In this document: positions 1-8,700 of the stretch, piece by piece
Numbering within the stretch: the stretch's first letter is position 1
Layout of the letters: every line of letters begins with the position of its first letter
Virus record (IMG/VR): IMGVR_UViG_3300013233_000235
Location: 1-64,000 of that record
Reading direction: 5' to 3' (one strand)
Length of the DNA: 64,000 nt
Position numbers and translations under genes: made by a program
Notes under the pieces: generated by a model
The model's input: the letters and a program-made list of their open reading frames with translations, nothing else
What the model was told of the DNA's origin: nothing
The model's database searches: none

Positions 1-738
1 AGCACGGCTGTTTGCCACTTACCAGATGATTCCCCACACACGATATGTCGGGAGTTCCTACCTGACGGTACCCCCGTGGATGCCCATAACACCATGCTGG
101 ATTTTGACGGTAAGTACACCAGTAATCGTGTGGATGATTATGCCTGCCCAGCCTGTGGCGGTAAAGTTGAAAGCACTGAAGAGGATGATGTGTACTACTG
201 TATAAACGCTATGCGGGGCGTTGCTGGGGGTTGCCCCGGCCCTATGATCGCACTGCTTACAGCCCACCGACCCATGGCGGCTATATGCGGGTGGGCCCCC
301 GGTAACCGTGTGGGGGCCACCATTGGGGACATGGTGGTCAACAGGGATATACCACTACCGGTGGTGGCCGAGCTGGTCCATAAACTATGCGCGCAGCACC
401 ACGGTGTAGAAATACTAGGTATGCAGTCACTGCTGACGTACCGAACCTATGCGGATCTCATGGGGCACGTACGTGGTAAGGTGTTTGCCAAGGTGTTCGA
501 CTCATACCTAGGTGTTGTTAATATCCCAGATGTTGATCCCAGACATGTGGTCAGGCTGGCACCACCTAGAATGCTCCCCGGCTGGGTAGGTGTGGTTAAC
601 AATGCCGCAGCGCAGCGGCTTGGTAAATATGGCACCATTGCTCATAACGACCCCGGTGTAGCCGGTCTGGATGTGACTAACAGGGAGGATAGTGTGGCCA
701 TCCTAAGGTTGTTAGATGAAATAGGGCCCGTCCTATAG
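1..738 (+). CDS. 5'-truncated protein with C4 zinc finger, possibly the degenerate C-terminal part of an NAD-dependent DNA ligase
   Basis: Frame +1 is open from base 1 with no stop before 76. CPACGG...YYCIN...GCP resembles the LigA Zn finger; the adenylation domain is not visible in the window. Confidence 0.4.
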   Translation, partial: STAVCHLPDDSPHTICREFLPDGTPVDAHNTMLDFDGKYTSNRVDDYACPACGGKVESTEEDDVYYCINAMRGVAGGCPGPMIALLTAHRPMAAICGWAPGNRVGATIGDMVVNRDIPLPVVAELVHKLCAQHHGVEILGMQSLLTYRTYADLMGHVRGKVFAKVFDSYLGVVNIPDVDPRHVVRLAPPRMLPGWVGVVNNAAAQRLGKYGTIAHNDPGVAGLDVTNREDSVAILRLLDEIGPVL

Positions 739-799
739 TACGGGTTGGACAAGGTGGCCGGCATCACGCCCGGCTGAACATTCACAAATTGGAGCTAGT

Positions 800-1348
800 A
801 TGATAGGCAGCTTTATAACCAGAACCAGGGATGCGGTGGTGCAGCGACTCTGGGCGCACAAGCTTGAGTATCTACGCCACACGGTCGCAACCCACACAAC
901 CGATGCTGTGGGTAAGCAGTCTAGAGAACTCTTACGTGCCGAGTGTGCGCTATGGCGACATTTATCTACAGCGGTGTTCGATTGCCGTGACCTGCGGGAT
1001 AAACAGTTGGGTACTCGGACGGAGTCCATATCTGCGCACGAGCGTGTACTAACCACTATCTTGGAGGGGGTGCAATGCCGTAAGGTTTTCGAGATCCCCA
1101 CTGACATGCTGTACCCAACAGAGACTATGGTTGAGTATAGCGCATGGTACTGGTATAACAACACCACCACCACTAGATCCCCCCACGAGATGGTGCTATC
1201 CATTGCGGACCTATATGAGTCTATAACGGACGCTGTATATGGCGGTGGAAATCGCAAACTTATACTGGATTACGAGCGGAGGTTCCCAGTAGTAACTCGC
1301 ATAAATAAGCCTCTAACAGAGATGTTGGAGATCATAAATGACCTTTAA
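800..1348 (+). CDS. hypothetical protein
   Basis: 182-aa ORF, GGAG RBS upstream, operon-like spacing. Confidence 0.7.
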   Translation: MIGSFITRTRDAVVQRLWAHKLEYLRHTVATHTTDAVGKQSRELLRAECALWRHLSTAVFDCRDLRDKQLGTRTESISAHERVLTTILEGVQCRKVFEIPTDMLYPTETMVEYSAWYWYNNTTTTRSPHEMVLSIADLYESITDAVYGGGNRKLILDYERRFPVVTRINKPLTEMLEIINDL

Positions 1349-1359
1349 AGGAGCTTGTA

Positions 1360-1980
1360 ATGAGCGGCAAAGGTACAAACAAACCCGGCGGCAGTCGGGA
1401 GAACTCAGGGGATACCACACTAGCCAGGCTATGGCAGGAGTATTTAACACGCTGTAAAATGACGGATGCTTATTGGGATAAACTTATTTCCCAGTGGCGT
1501 GAAGATATGGCGAAAGTCATCGGGCAAGCTAGGGCGTCAAGTATCCGCACCAATACCGGTGAACGGCTATCTAAAGATAAGATAAGCTGGACCATGCTTT
1601 ATCGAGCGTTGCAGATAGTTAACTCGCTTGGTAAGTATCGTCGGATCACGGTGACCTTATCTTTCGAGGAGCCGGACGGCACAGTGCTGGCTATAGAAAC
1701 CGATGTCATAAACCGTGAAAACGGTGATGGGGAACCCTCTGGAAACGACCCCTACACCCCATCGGGTAGGGCCGTATTGCGACCCGGTGACACGGCGGTG
1801 CCAGCCATGGCCTACTATGTAAGCGGCTTTGGTAAAAGTCCTATCAACGGGGTGGTGCTGACGTTCAATGGTGTAGAGCCGCTGTGCATCACCGATGGCG
1901 CATTTGATGGGCATGTGGCTATCGGCAACCATGTTCTTAACTCGGACGGATTACCGTCCATCTACTGGAGCATCGAATGA
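1360..1980 (+). CDS. hypothetical protein, resembling a conserved phiKZ-like family
   Basis: AAGGAG RBS; TLARLW...ISWTMLYRALQ pattern recalled from phiKZ-like phages (not verified). Confidence 0.65.
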   Translation: MSGKGTNKPGGSRENSGDTTLARLWQEYLTRCKMTDAYWDKLISQWREDMAKVIGQARASSIRTNTGERLSKDKISWTMLYRALQIVNSLGKYRRITVTLSFEEPDGTVLAIETDVINRENGDGEPSGNDPYTPSGRAVLRPGDTAVPAMAYYVSGFGKSPINGVVLTFNGVEPLCITDGAFDGHVAIGNHVLNSDGLPSIYWSIE

Positions 1981-2453
1981 TGCGTAAGATCGCTGGAGAT
2001 ATCGTGAGATATTGTAAGAAAGATTCTAACGGTGTGGATGTCTTGATCCACGCTTGTGCGGCCGACAACAGCGTGGGTGTTGGTCTTAATGCGGCTATCT
2101 ATCGCGGCTTCCCGTGTACCATGGTTGCGGCAATATCGGGGCCGGATAAATGGCCCATGGCCTCGGTGGTTAGATCCGTTGACACAGATTGTGGCTTGGT
2201 TATATACAACCTCATCACCCACCCACGCACGGGGAGGGCTAGAGACAACCTATTCAACTACACCGCCTTGTCATTGGCATTGGATACAGTCGCTGGTATA
2301 GAGCCCCCGGGGAGGGTTATCGCCTTTCCCAGTATTGGTACAGGGGCCGTTGGGGGGAGATGGCGAGCTGTAAAGAAACTCATCCGGGCTTCTTTGGCTA
2401 CACACGATCTTCGCCATATCGTACCTAGCCTATCCATTAAGGATAGCAAGTAG
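1977..2453 (+). CDS. macrodomain (ADP-ribose binding/hydrolase, TARG1/DarG-like) protein
   Basis: GDI...VLIHAC..DNSVGVGLNAAI...IYNLIT...IAFPSIGTGAVGGRW macrodomain motifs. Confidence 0.8.
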   Translation: MMRKIAGDIVRYCKKDSNGVDVLIHACAADNSVGVGLNAAIYRGFPCTMVAAISGPDKWPMASVVRSVDTDCGLVIYNLITHPRTGRARDNLFNYTALSLALDTVAGIEPPGRVIAFPSIGTGAVGGRWRAVKKLIRASLATHDLRHIVPSLSIKDSK

Positions 2454-2536
2454 TACCATCCTATGTGTAGTTGTGTATGGTCGGTACTTATCACACCACC
2501 GCAGCGTTAGCTTATGCATAATGGCACCAGCCAATT

Positions 2537-2565
2537 CCCGCACAGCTTAGGCTGGCGGGCTTTTT
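2537..2565 (+). terminator. probable intrinsic terminator
   Basis: CCCGC(A)CAGC-TTAG-GCTGGCGGG hairpin followed by CTTTTT. Confidence 0.6.
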
Positions 2566-2629
2566 ATGCTGTTTCGGCATAAGGTCGACCAACCGGCCGA
2601 CAATATTTTTTTATTTAGGAGTGACCAAT

Positions 2630-3685
2630 ATGGCCGCTAAAATCGCACCAAGTCTATTCGCCACAGGTCCAGATAACAGTTTAGTAGCAGCCGATGTGTA
2701 CTCCCCATCAGACATCATGGATCTCAGTGGGTTGTCTGACCTACTGTCTAAGTTGGGTGCAGTCGGTAACGGGCTGGATCTATCCACACTCACTGGTGGG
2801 GACATAAACAATGTGGATGTTGGCACGCTACTAGCAGCCAACGTGCCCAACCCCGTGCTACGAAAATTGATAGCTAAGGGTCTTCCAAACACATTCTCTA
2901 TACGGCAGCTACTAAGTCGGATAGTTGGGTACCGATTGGAATCGGTAAATCAGGCCATATACGGGCTGAACAACTTTGGCCTTACCTTCCCGCAGTACGG
3001 GATGACTTTAGATCAGTACCACATTTATCTATCCGCAGCCATGGACATGATACAGTGGCAGGGTTTATCCACCCCCAACGGTCCTTACGTAGAGTGGGGT
3101 ATTAATCAGGCCGCAGTTATATACGGTGCGTATTTATCGGGTGTGCTGACCTCACCCTCCGCCGCTGTTGACTATGTGAATTCCTACCTGGCTACAGGTG
3201 CTGTACCCATCGTGGCTACTGGGGCCAGCACGGCATCGGCTGTGGCCAGACCTAATATCACACCAAGTGCGGCTGACCTGCTCATACAGGCCATCCAACA
3301 ATTGGCGGCGGATGCGGGTTACCCAGAGACTGCGGCGGCATTGGGCGTGCTGCTAACAAACCCCCCAACGCCGGCAGCCGTGTATCTAACTATAAAGAAG
3401 ATGTTGCAAGGGTACCGCTACCCCGCAGATGGCACCTCTGAAGAAAATGCCACCACATTTCTAGATTCATTACTTGCCGTCGACCCAAACTGGAATCGAT
3501 GGGTTCGCAACGGCGAGTGGGTATCCGATTTAACCATGTACCAGTATGCCAACGGTGACTCCAAGTACGCATTATCCCACGAGCCACGAACCAGGGCTGA
3601 GGCAATGGTCGTGTATTACGACTCGGTTAGCCCAAAGGACCCCGGGGCACTGGCATCAAAGATATACCCAGGGCTGCGTATCTAG
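2630..3685 (+). CDS. putative virion structural protein
   Basis: AGGAG RBS then ATG at 2630; lies beside the gp181/gp182-like tail module as in phiKZ-like phages. Confidence 0.55.
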   Translation: MAAKIAPSLFATGPDNSLVAADVYSPSDIMDLSGLSDLLSKLGAVGNGLDLSTLTGGDINNVDVGTLLAANVPNPVLRKLIAKGLPNTFSIRQLLSRIVGYRLESVNQAIYGLNNFGLTFPQYGMTLDQYHIYLSAAMDMIQWQGLSTPNGPYVEWGINQAAVIYGAYLSGVLTSPSAAVDYVNSYLATGAVPIVATGASTASAVARPNITPSAADLLIQAIQQLAADAGYPETAAALGVLLTNPPTPAAVYLTIKKMLQGYRYPADGTSEENATTFLDSLLAVDPNWNRWVRNGEWVSDLTMYQYANGDSKYALSHEPRTRAEAMVVYYDSVSPKDPGALASKIYPGLRI

Positions 3686-5724
3686 TTAGGCCTGAGTCCG
3701 CCCGCGAACACAAAGCTTAGTTTCTTACCGAATTCCGTGCCAGCAAACCAGTTAGCACGCCTTGCTGGCGATGTCCACGTCTCGAACGCGGCCATGGTTT
3801 CCCGCCATGCCAGTCTTAGGCGTGGGGCAAGGTAGTACTGATCGTACAGGGATTGGCCTGATAAGATACTCATGTAATCTGTTAACGCGCTATCTTCGTC
3901 GAAGGATGATAGGCTGAAAGCATTGGTCGGCCCACTATTGGCGCTGATCGGCATATGCATGACCTTGTCCAGATTCTTAAACTTCAAACTGACCTTAACC
4001 TCCAACGCTAGATCGTCCTCGCTCCACCCCACATTACCAGTACCCCTCTCGAACGACATACTCTCCAGAATAGCCAGCTTAGCATTAGCATGGGACTTAT
4101 GATGCACCCTACAGTAAAGTGGGGATGTATAGGACTGCGGACCAGTCGACAATGGCAGACCCATTGGTAGTATAAGTGACATCGGTAATGCGACATCTAT
4201 TAGATTAGACAGCTTATTACCATACGGTCCGCCGAGCGTCATCGTGTAATTCATCTCCGGTAGTGTGGCCGAGCACGAGTCCCAGAAATCATTGATGTCC
4301 GCATGGGATTTACCACCCAACCCAGCCAAGCCGCCAACCCCGAAAGATGTGAGGGTGCCAGTCACGAAATCTTTTGCTGCGCCCACCACACTCTCCATCA
4401 GGTTTACCACCGCCCCGTCCCCAAGATTACCATTGGCAAAATCGAATGACTTGGACCGTACACTGGCCGCATTTGAGTTCATCTTATTTTCTAGATCGGA
4501 CGTCTTGGTCGAATTGGACATACTCTCACTGGTGCTACCTGTGTAGTCTACGTAAAATCCCACCCAGGCTGCGCCATCCTCAAGCTCACTCTTAAGGTAC
4601 TTAGGGTCATTATCCCACTTCTGCACAGGGTTCACCGGGGTGCTACGCAAGTAATCTTGGGATGCCATGTTATCATTCACAGCCACTTTACCATCGGACA
4701 CACCAATACCTGAACCAACCCCGCCCTTCTTGTAGAAGTTATTCATGTATCTGATTAAGACTGGGTCGGTCATGTTGCCGGTTGTTAGGTACTTAGACAG
4801 CGGTGGTGGGTCCAGCTTTCTATCCAAATACTCCAATACCAAGTCGTTAAACGATTTGCCTCCGGGCTTGGTGGCCGCCTCAGCCAACTGCGAAAGAATC
4901 TCTCTTTGCCGCATGCCTAGCCTTTGAGCCCTGGTGGCGATGGCAAAAATATCCAACCCCCCGTTTGCCCGCATGACGCTTGGTAGCAATGTATGTAAGA
5001 TGCCGGCTTCTTCTGTGGATAACCCGTTTCCGTAGCTGATACCTCTTTCTTTTTTATTCTCTTTGGCCAGTTCTTTGGCATCGGTGTTGTCGACATTCTC
5101 GGTAGACACCCCCTCTGTAATACCGGTCCTCACGGATATCATGTTCAGTATATTAGATGCAGCCGACCAATACATCGGCTGAGTTGGTTTTAAGTAACTG
5201 AACTTGGACCTTGGGGTATTGGTGATGAAAGATATGAATTTGGACACCAGTTGGGCAGCGCCAAATAACACTTGCAGGGGCAGTGTTAAAATAAACCCTG
5301 CGGCCTTGCCCGCCGAGAAGAAGAACCCCGATGCATCCCCGGTGTTGGCCAGCTTGGCTTCGGTGGGATCGTAGTATCGGCTAACAAAACCTGTTAGGGA
5401 GTTGTGCTCCAGAGTACCGAATTGGAAGTATACCAACTCAGCGCTCTGGTCGATAGCTTCATGGTAGTACCCACCTTTCCCACCGGTCGCACCCTCTGGT
5501 GCAAATCCCGGCAAGGGTGGGTCACAGTACTCGGTGAACTGGTATTTAGGATTGATGCCGAAGCTCCCACCAGGCGTTGTATCCGTAAATGCTAGCTCCG
5601 CCGGTGAAAATGTTCTGGCCCTGATCTCGTGCTCGAACTGTACCCTGCCGGGCACCATGAACACCTGGCGTTGCCACGCTGCGTCGTTGCGAATCGTACC
5701 ACTTAAATAATCTGCTGCTGACAT
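3682..5724 (-). CDS. virion tail-associated structural protein (phiKZ gp182-like)
   Basis: ~680 aa, directly downstream of the gp181-like gene; start set at MSAADYL after a GGAG RBS. Confidence 0.65.
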   Translation of the reverse strand: MSAADYLSGTIRNDAAWQRQVFMVPGRVQFEHEIRARTFSPAELAFTDTTPGGSFGINPKYQFTEYCDPPLPGFAPEGATGGKGGYYHEAIDQSAELVYFQFGTLEHNSLTGFVSRYYDPTEAKLANTGDASGFFFSAGKAAGFILTLPLQVLFGAAQLVSKFISFITNTPRSKFSYLKPTQPMYWSAASNILNMISVRTGITEGVSTENVDNTDAKELAKENKKERGISYGNGLSTEEAGILHTLLPSVMRANGGLDIFAIATRAQRLGMRQREILSQLAEAATKPGGKSFNDLVLEYLDRKLDPPPLSKYLTTGNMTDPVLIRYMNNFYKKGGVGSGIGVSDGKVAVNDNMASQDYLRSTPVNPVQKWDNDPKYLKSELEDGAAWVGFYVDYTGSTSESMSNSTKTSDLENKMNSNAASVRSKSFDFANGNLGDGAVVNLMESVVGAAKDFVTGTLTSFGVGGLAGLGGKSHADINDFWDSCSATLPEMNYTMTLGGPYGNKLSNLIDVALPMSLILPMGLPLSTGPQSYTSPLYCRVHHKSHANAKLAILESMSFERGTGNVGWSEDDLALEVKVSLKFKNLDKVMHMPISANSGPTNAFSLSSFDEDSALTDYMSILSGQSLYDQYYLAPRLRLAWRETMAAFETWTSPARRANWFAGTEFGKKLSFVFAGGLRPN

Positions 5725-5737
5725 GTTGACTCCATAT

Positions 5738-5765
5738 AGCCACCCCCCAGGCATGGGGGGTGGCT
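5738..5765. other. perfect 12-bp intergenic hairpin
   Basis: AGCCACCCCCCA-GGCA-TGGGGGGTGGCT between two co-oriented tail genes. Confidence 0.7.
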
Positions 5766-5771
5766 GGTTGG

Positions 5772-8700
5772 TTATGATTTATATTTAACCACGGGGTTAA
5801 ATTCTCTCTCCGTACCGCCCGTGGACCCCATTACATTATTAACAGTTGTTTTATTAACCGTAGTAGTGGGTTCGACTTTGGGTGGTTTGGGTGCCTCAGA
5901 AGCTCGTTTATCCAATCTCGCTAAGATACCATCTAACTTGGATGCAATCAGAGTTTGACTGGATATCAATTTCTCTCTCTGGTTATGCGCCTTGTTACCC
6001 AGCTCCAATTGGGCATTCATGACAGCGGTGTAGTTACCCACATTGGGTAAAGGCGGGGTTGGGGCGTGTGAAAACCCGGAGGACATATCTAGCTGGATGG
6101 CTGTATTGACATCCTGGGTTGCAGCGCCGGCCGGTTTATTGGCCGGTGTGGTCGCCACCTGGGTGGTGGGTGACCCACTATACACCTTAGGGCTATATGT
6201 GTCGGTCCAGGCACTTTTACCAACATCCCCTTTATACACGTACGCCTGTTCGTCGGATAGCGTGGCATATACGGCCATGCTTATATCCTTAAGCCCACTA
6301 ACCGCGCGTTTGGCATTGATCTGTAGAAGATCACCGTCGGTTTTATGTGCCACTGCCTCGGCGGGTGTTACCTGTTTTACAGGCTCCTCGTGTGCGATAG
6401 CTTCGCCAGTACCAAGTGTTGCCACCTGTTTAGCAGGCATACTTGGTAACCCACTGGCCTCACGATAGTGGTTAACGGCCGCAGACCTTGATGCACCATC
6501 TATCTCGTGCAATCTGGTCATAGCGGCCACCTCATCGCTGGTAGCGAACAACGCGTCCGATGGGGTTATGGACTCATACTCCCCCATTGTGATCCCACCA
6601 TATCCGCGATTATGCCGGCTGGCATTAACCTTGGCTAGTTTTTCATCCTGTTCTGTAACAGGGGTGATAGGACTCACCACAGGTGGTACCTTAACCGGTA
6701 ATGGGGTTTCACTAGATATAACCGATCTGGCTACTTCCGCATTGGTAGCGAATAGGGCATTCGATGGGGACATGCTGCTAAACTCGACCTCGGTGATGGC
6801 AGGTTGCCCGCGCTTAACCCGGTTGGCATTAACGGTGTCTAGCTTAATAGGTTGCTCTGTGCCATTAGCACCCTTGTCAGCTAACACCGCGTCGACACCC
6901 TCAGCGGTCTTAGCTAAAAGCTCCTCTAAACTTAGCGACAGCCGGTCTTCTGGGGACACCTTACTATATAGCTCGGCGGTTATGTCCTTGAGCCCGTTAA
7001 CTGCACGCTGGGCATTGGCGCGCAATACATCGGTTTTAGTGGGACTGTGTGGGACGGCAGCCGGTGTCACCGCCGGTGTTGGGGCGACGCCCGTGCTGGA
7101 TATAACCCCCCCCTCTTGGTGCGATTTGGCCTTAACACGGTTGACACTACTGGCATTGGCTACACCGGATACTGTTTCGGTGAATAGCGCGGCCATCTTG
7201 ACTGGGGTGAGTGCGACATCGGTTGGTAAGGATTCCTCTATGTCCTCCCTAACGGCCGGTGGCATGTCCGATTCGGGTGGTATTGCAGGTGCGCCCGCTA
7301 GAGTGCCGTAGCCTTCTAGATCGTTCACATCCGCACCTTCCTTATCATTTTTAGCCAGAGGTTTGCTATCTCGGCGCACCTGCTTCACAGCTTCCTTCCG
7401 CACGGTTGGTGTCAAAGCGAGCATTGGATCTATAGCGGTAGCCTCTTGCGCGGCATCTTTACGATGCTCGAAGTGCAAGTGGCTACCAGTCCCAATACCC
7501 GTGTTGCCAACATATCCGATTACGGCGCCCTGCTTAACCCTATCACCCTTACCATACTCGTCAGCGAACCTGAGCATGTGTGCGTATCGAGTGGCAGTGC
7601 CATCGCCGTGTTTGATATATATCGCGTTACCATAACCGCGATGACTCACATACCTCCGATAGATAACCCCATCCGCAACGGCCATCACTGGGGTACCACT
7701 GGGTGCCGCTATATCGATGCCCTTGTGCATCTTTCTGACCTTGTACTTGGGGTGGATTCTGAAACCGAAAGGCGAGCTGATACGGCCATTAGCTGGCATG
7801 ATGAAATCACTTTTTGGTATCCCCCTAACACTCATCGGATCATACCGGTTGTATTCGACAGCGGTACCACCACCCAATGTCAGGCCGGCAGCCAGTGTGG
7901 CTGCTTTAACCGCTTTATTTTTAGATGCCGCTATGGTATCGTCCGTAAAGTAGTTCCTGGGGTTAGCCATCGCCCGCTCTGCTTCTAAGTTGGCCTTAAT
8001 CCGGACCTCGTTATCAACAGGCCCTTTTGGGATGGCCGGCAGATCTGGGTCGAACTCGCCACCATCCTCATCCCCATTACCAGCTATGATGTCATCGTAG
8101 TGGTTTATCAGGGTGTTACTGTACTCCCCGATGGCCGCAGCGTTGCCATGCACAGGATGGTTGCGCATAGGGCTTGCCAACACGTTGTATGGCATTAGAC
8201 CCGCAGCGGCCTCTTCTGGCCCAAACTGGACACGTCTAACAAATGTGGAACGATCTTCGGGTTCAATCTCATCATCGATGTCATCTAAGTTGACGCCATC
8301 GTCTAGTGAGTGTATAACCGTCAAATGTTTAAGTAGCACCACCATGAAGCGTTGCGTGAACCATAGGTTCCACTCCTCCCAATCGGCCTTGCTATCAATG
8401 ATCCTCATGAAGTCTTCGCAATGTTCCTTGTAGAACACATCTGACTTGACTTTAAGCATCGGGTATGCCCCGCGCCACGTTATCTCCGATATCACCGCAC
8501 TCTCTAACCTACGGATGGATGATACAAATCGGGCGTCGGTTGGGTTAGCCCCGTACTGTAAGAAGCGCAACCCTTCCATTGGATCAACATCTGCGTTATC
8601 CACTATGTGGTTGTACAGTAGGTATGTACCATATGCCAAACCGGCTACAACCGCCACACCACCCACCACCAGTGCGGCCCCAGCCAGTGTGACCCCTGAT

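Noticed and set aside
2454-2629. Possible tRNA or ncRNA in this intergenic gap
   Set aside because: No cloverleaf or T-loop motif; explained by a terminator plus a likely promoter region.
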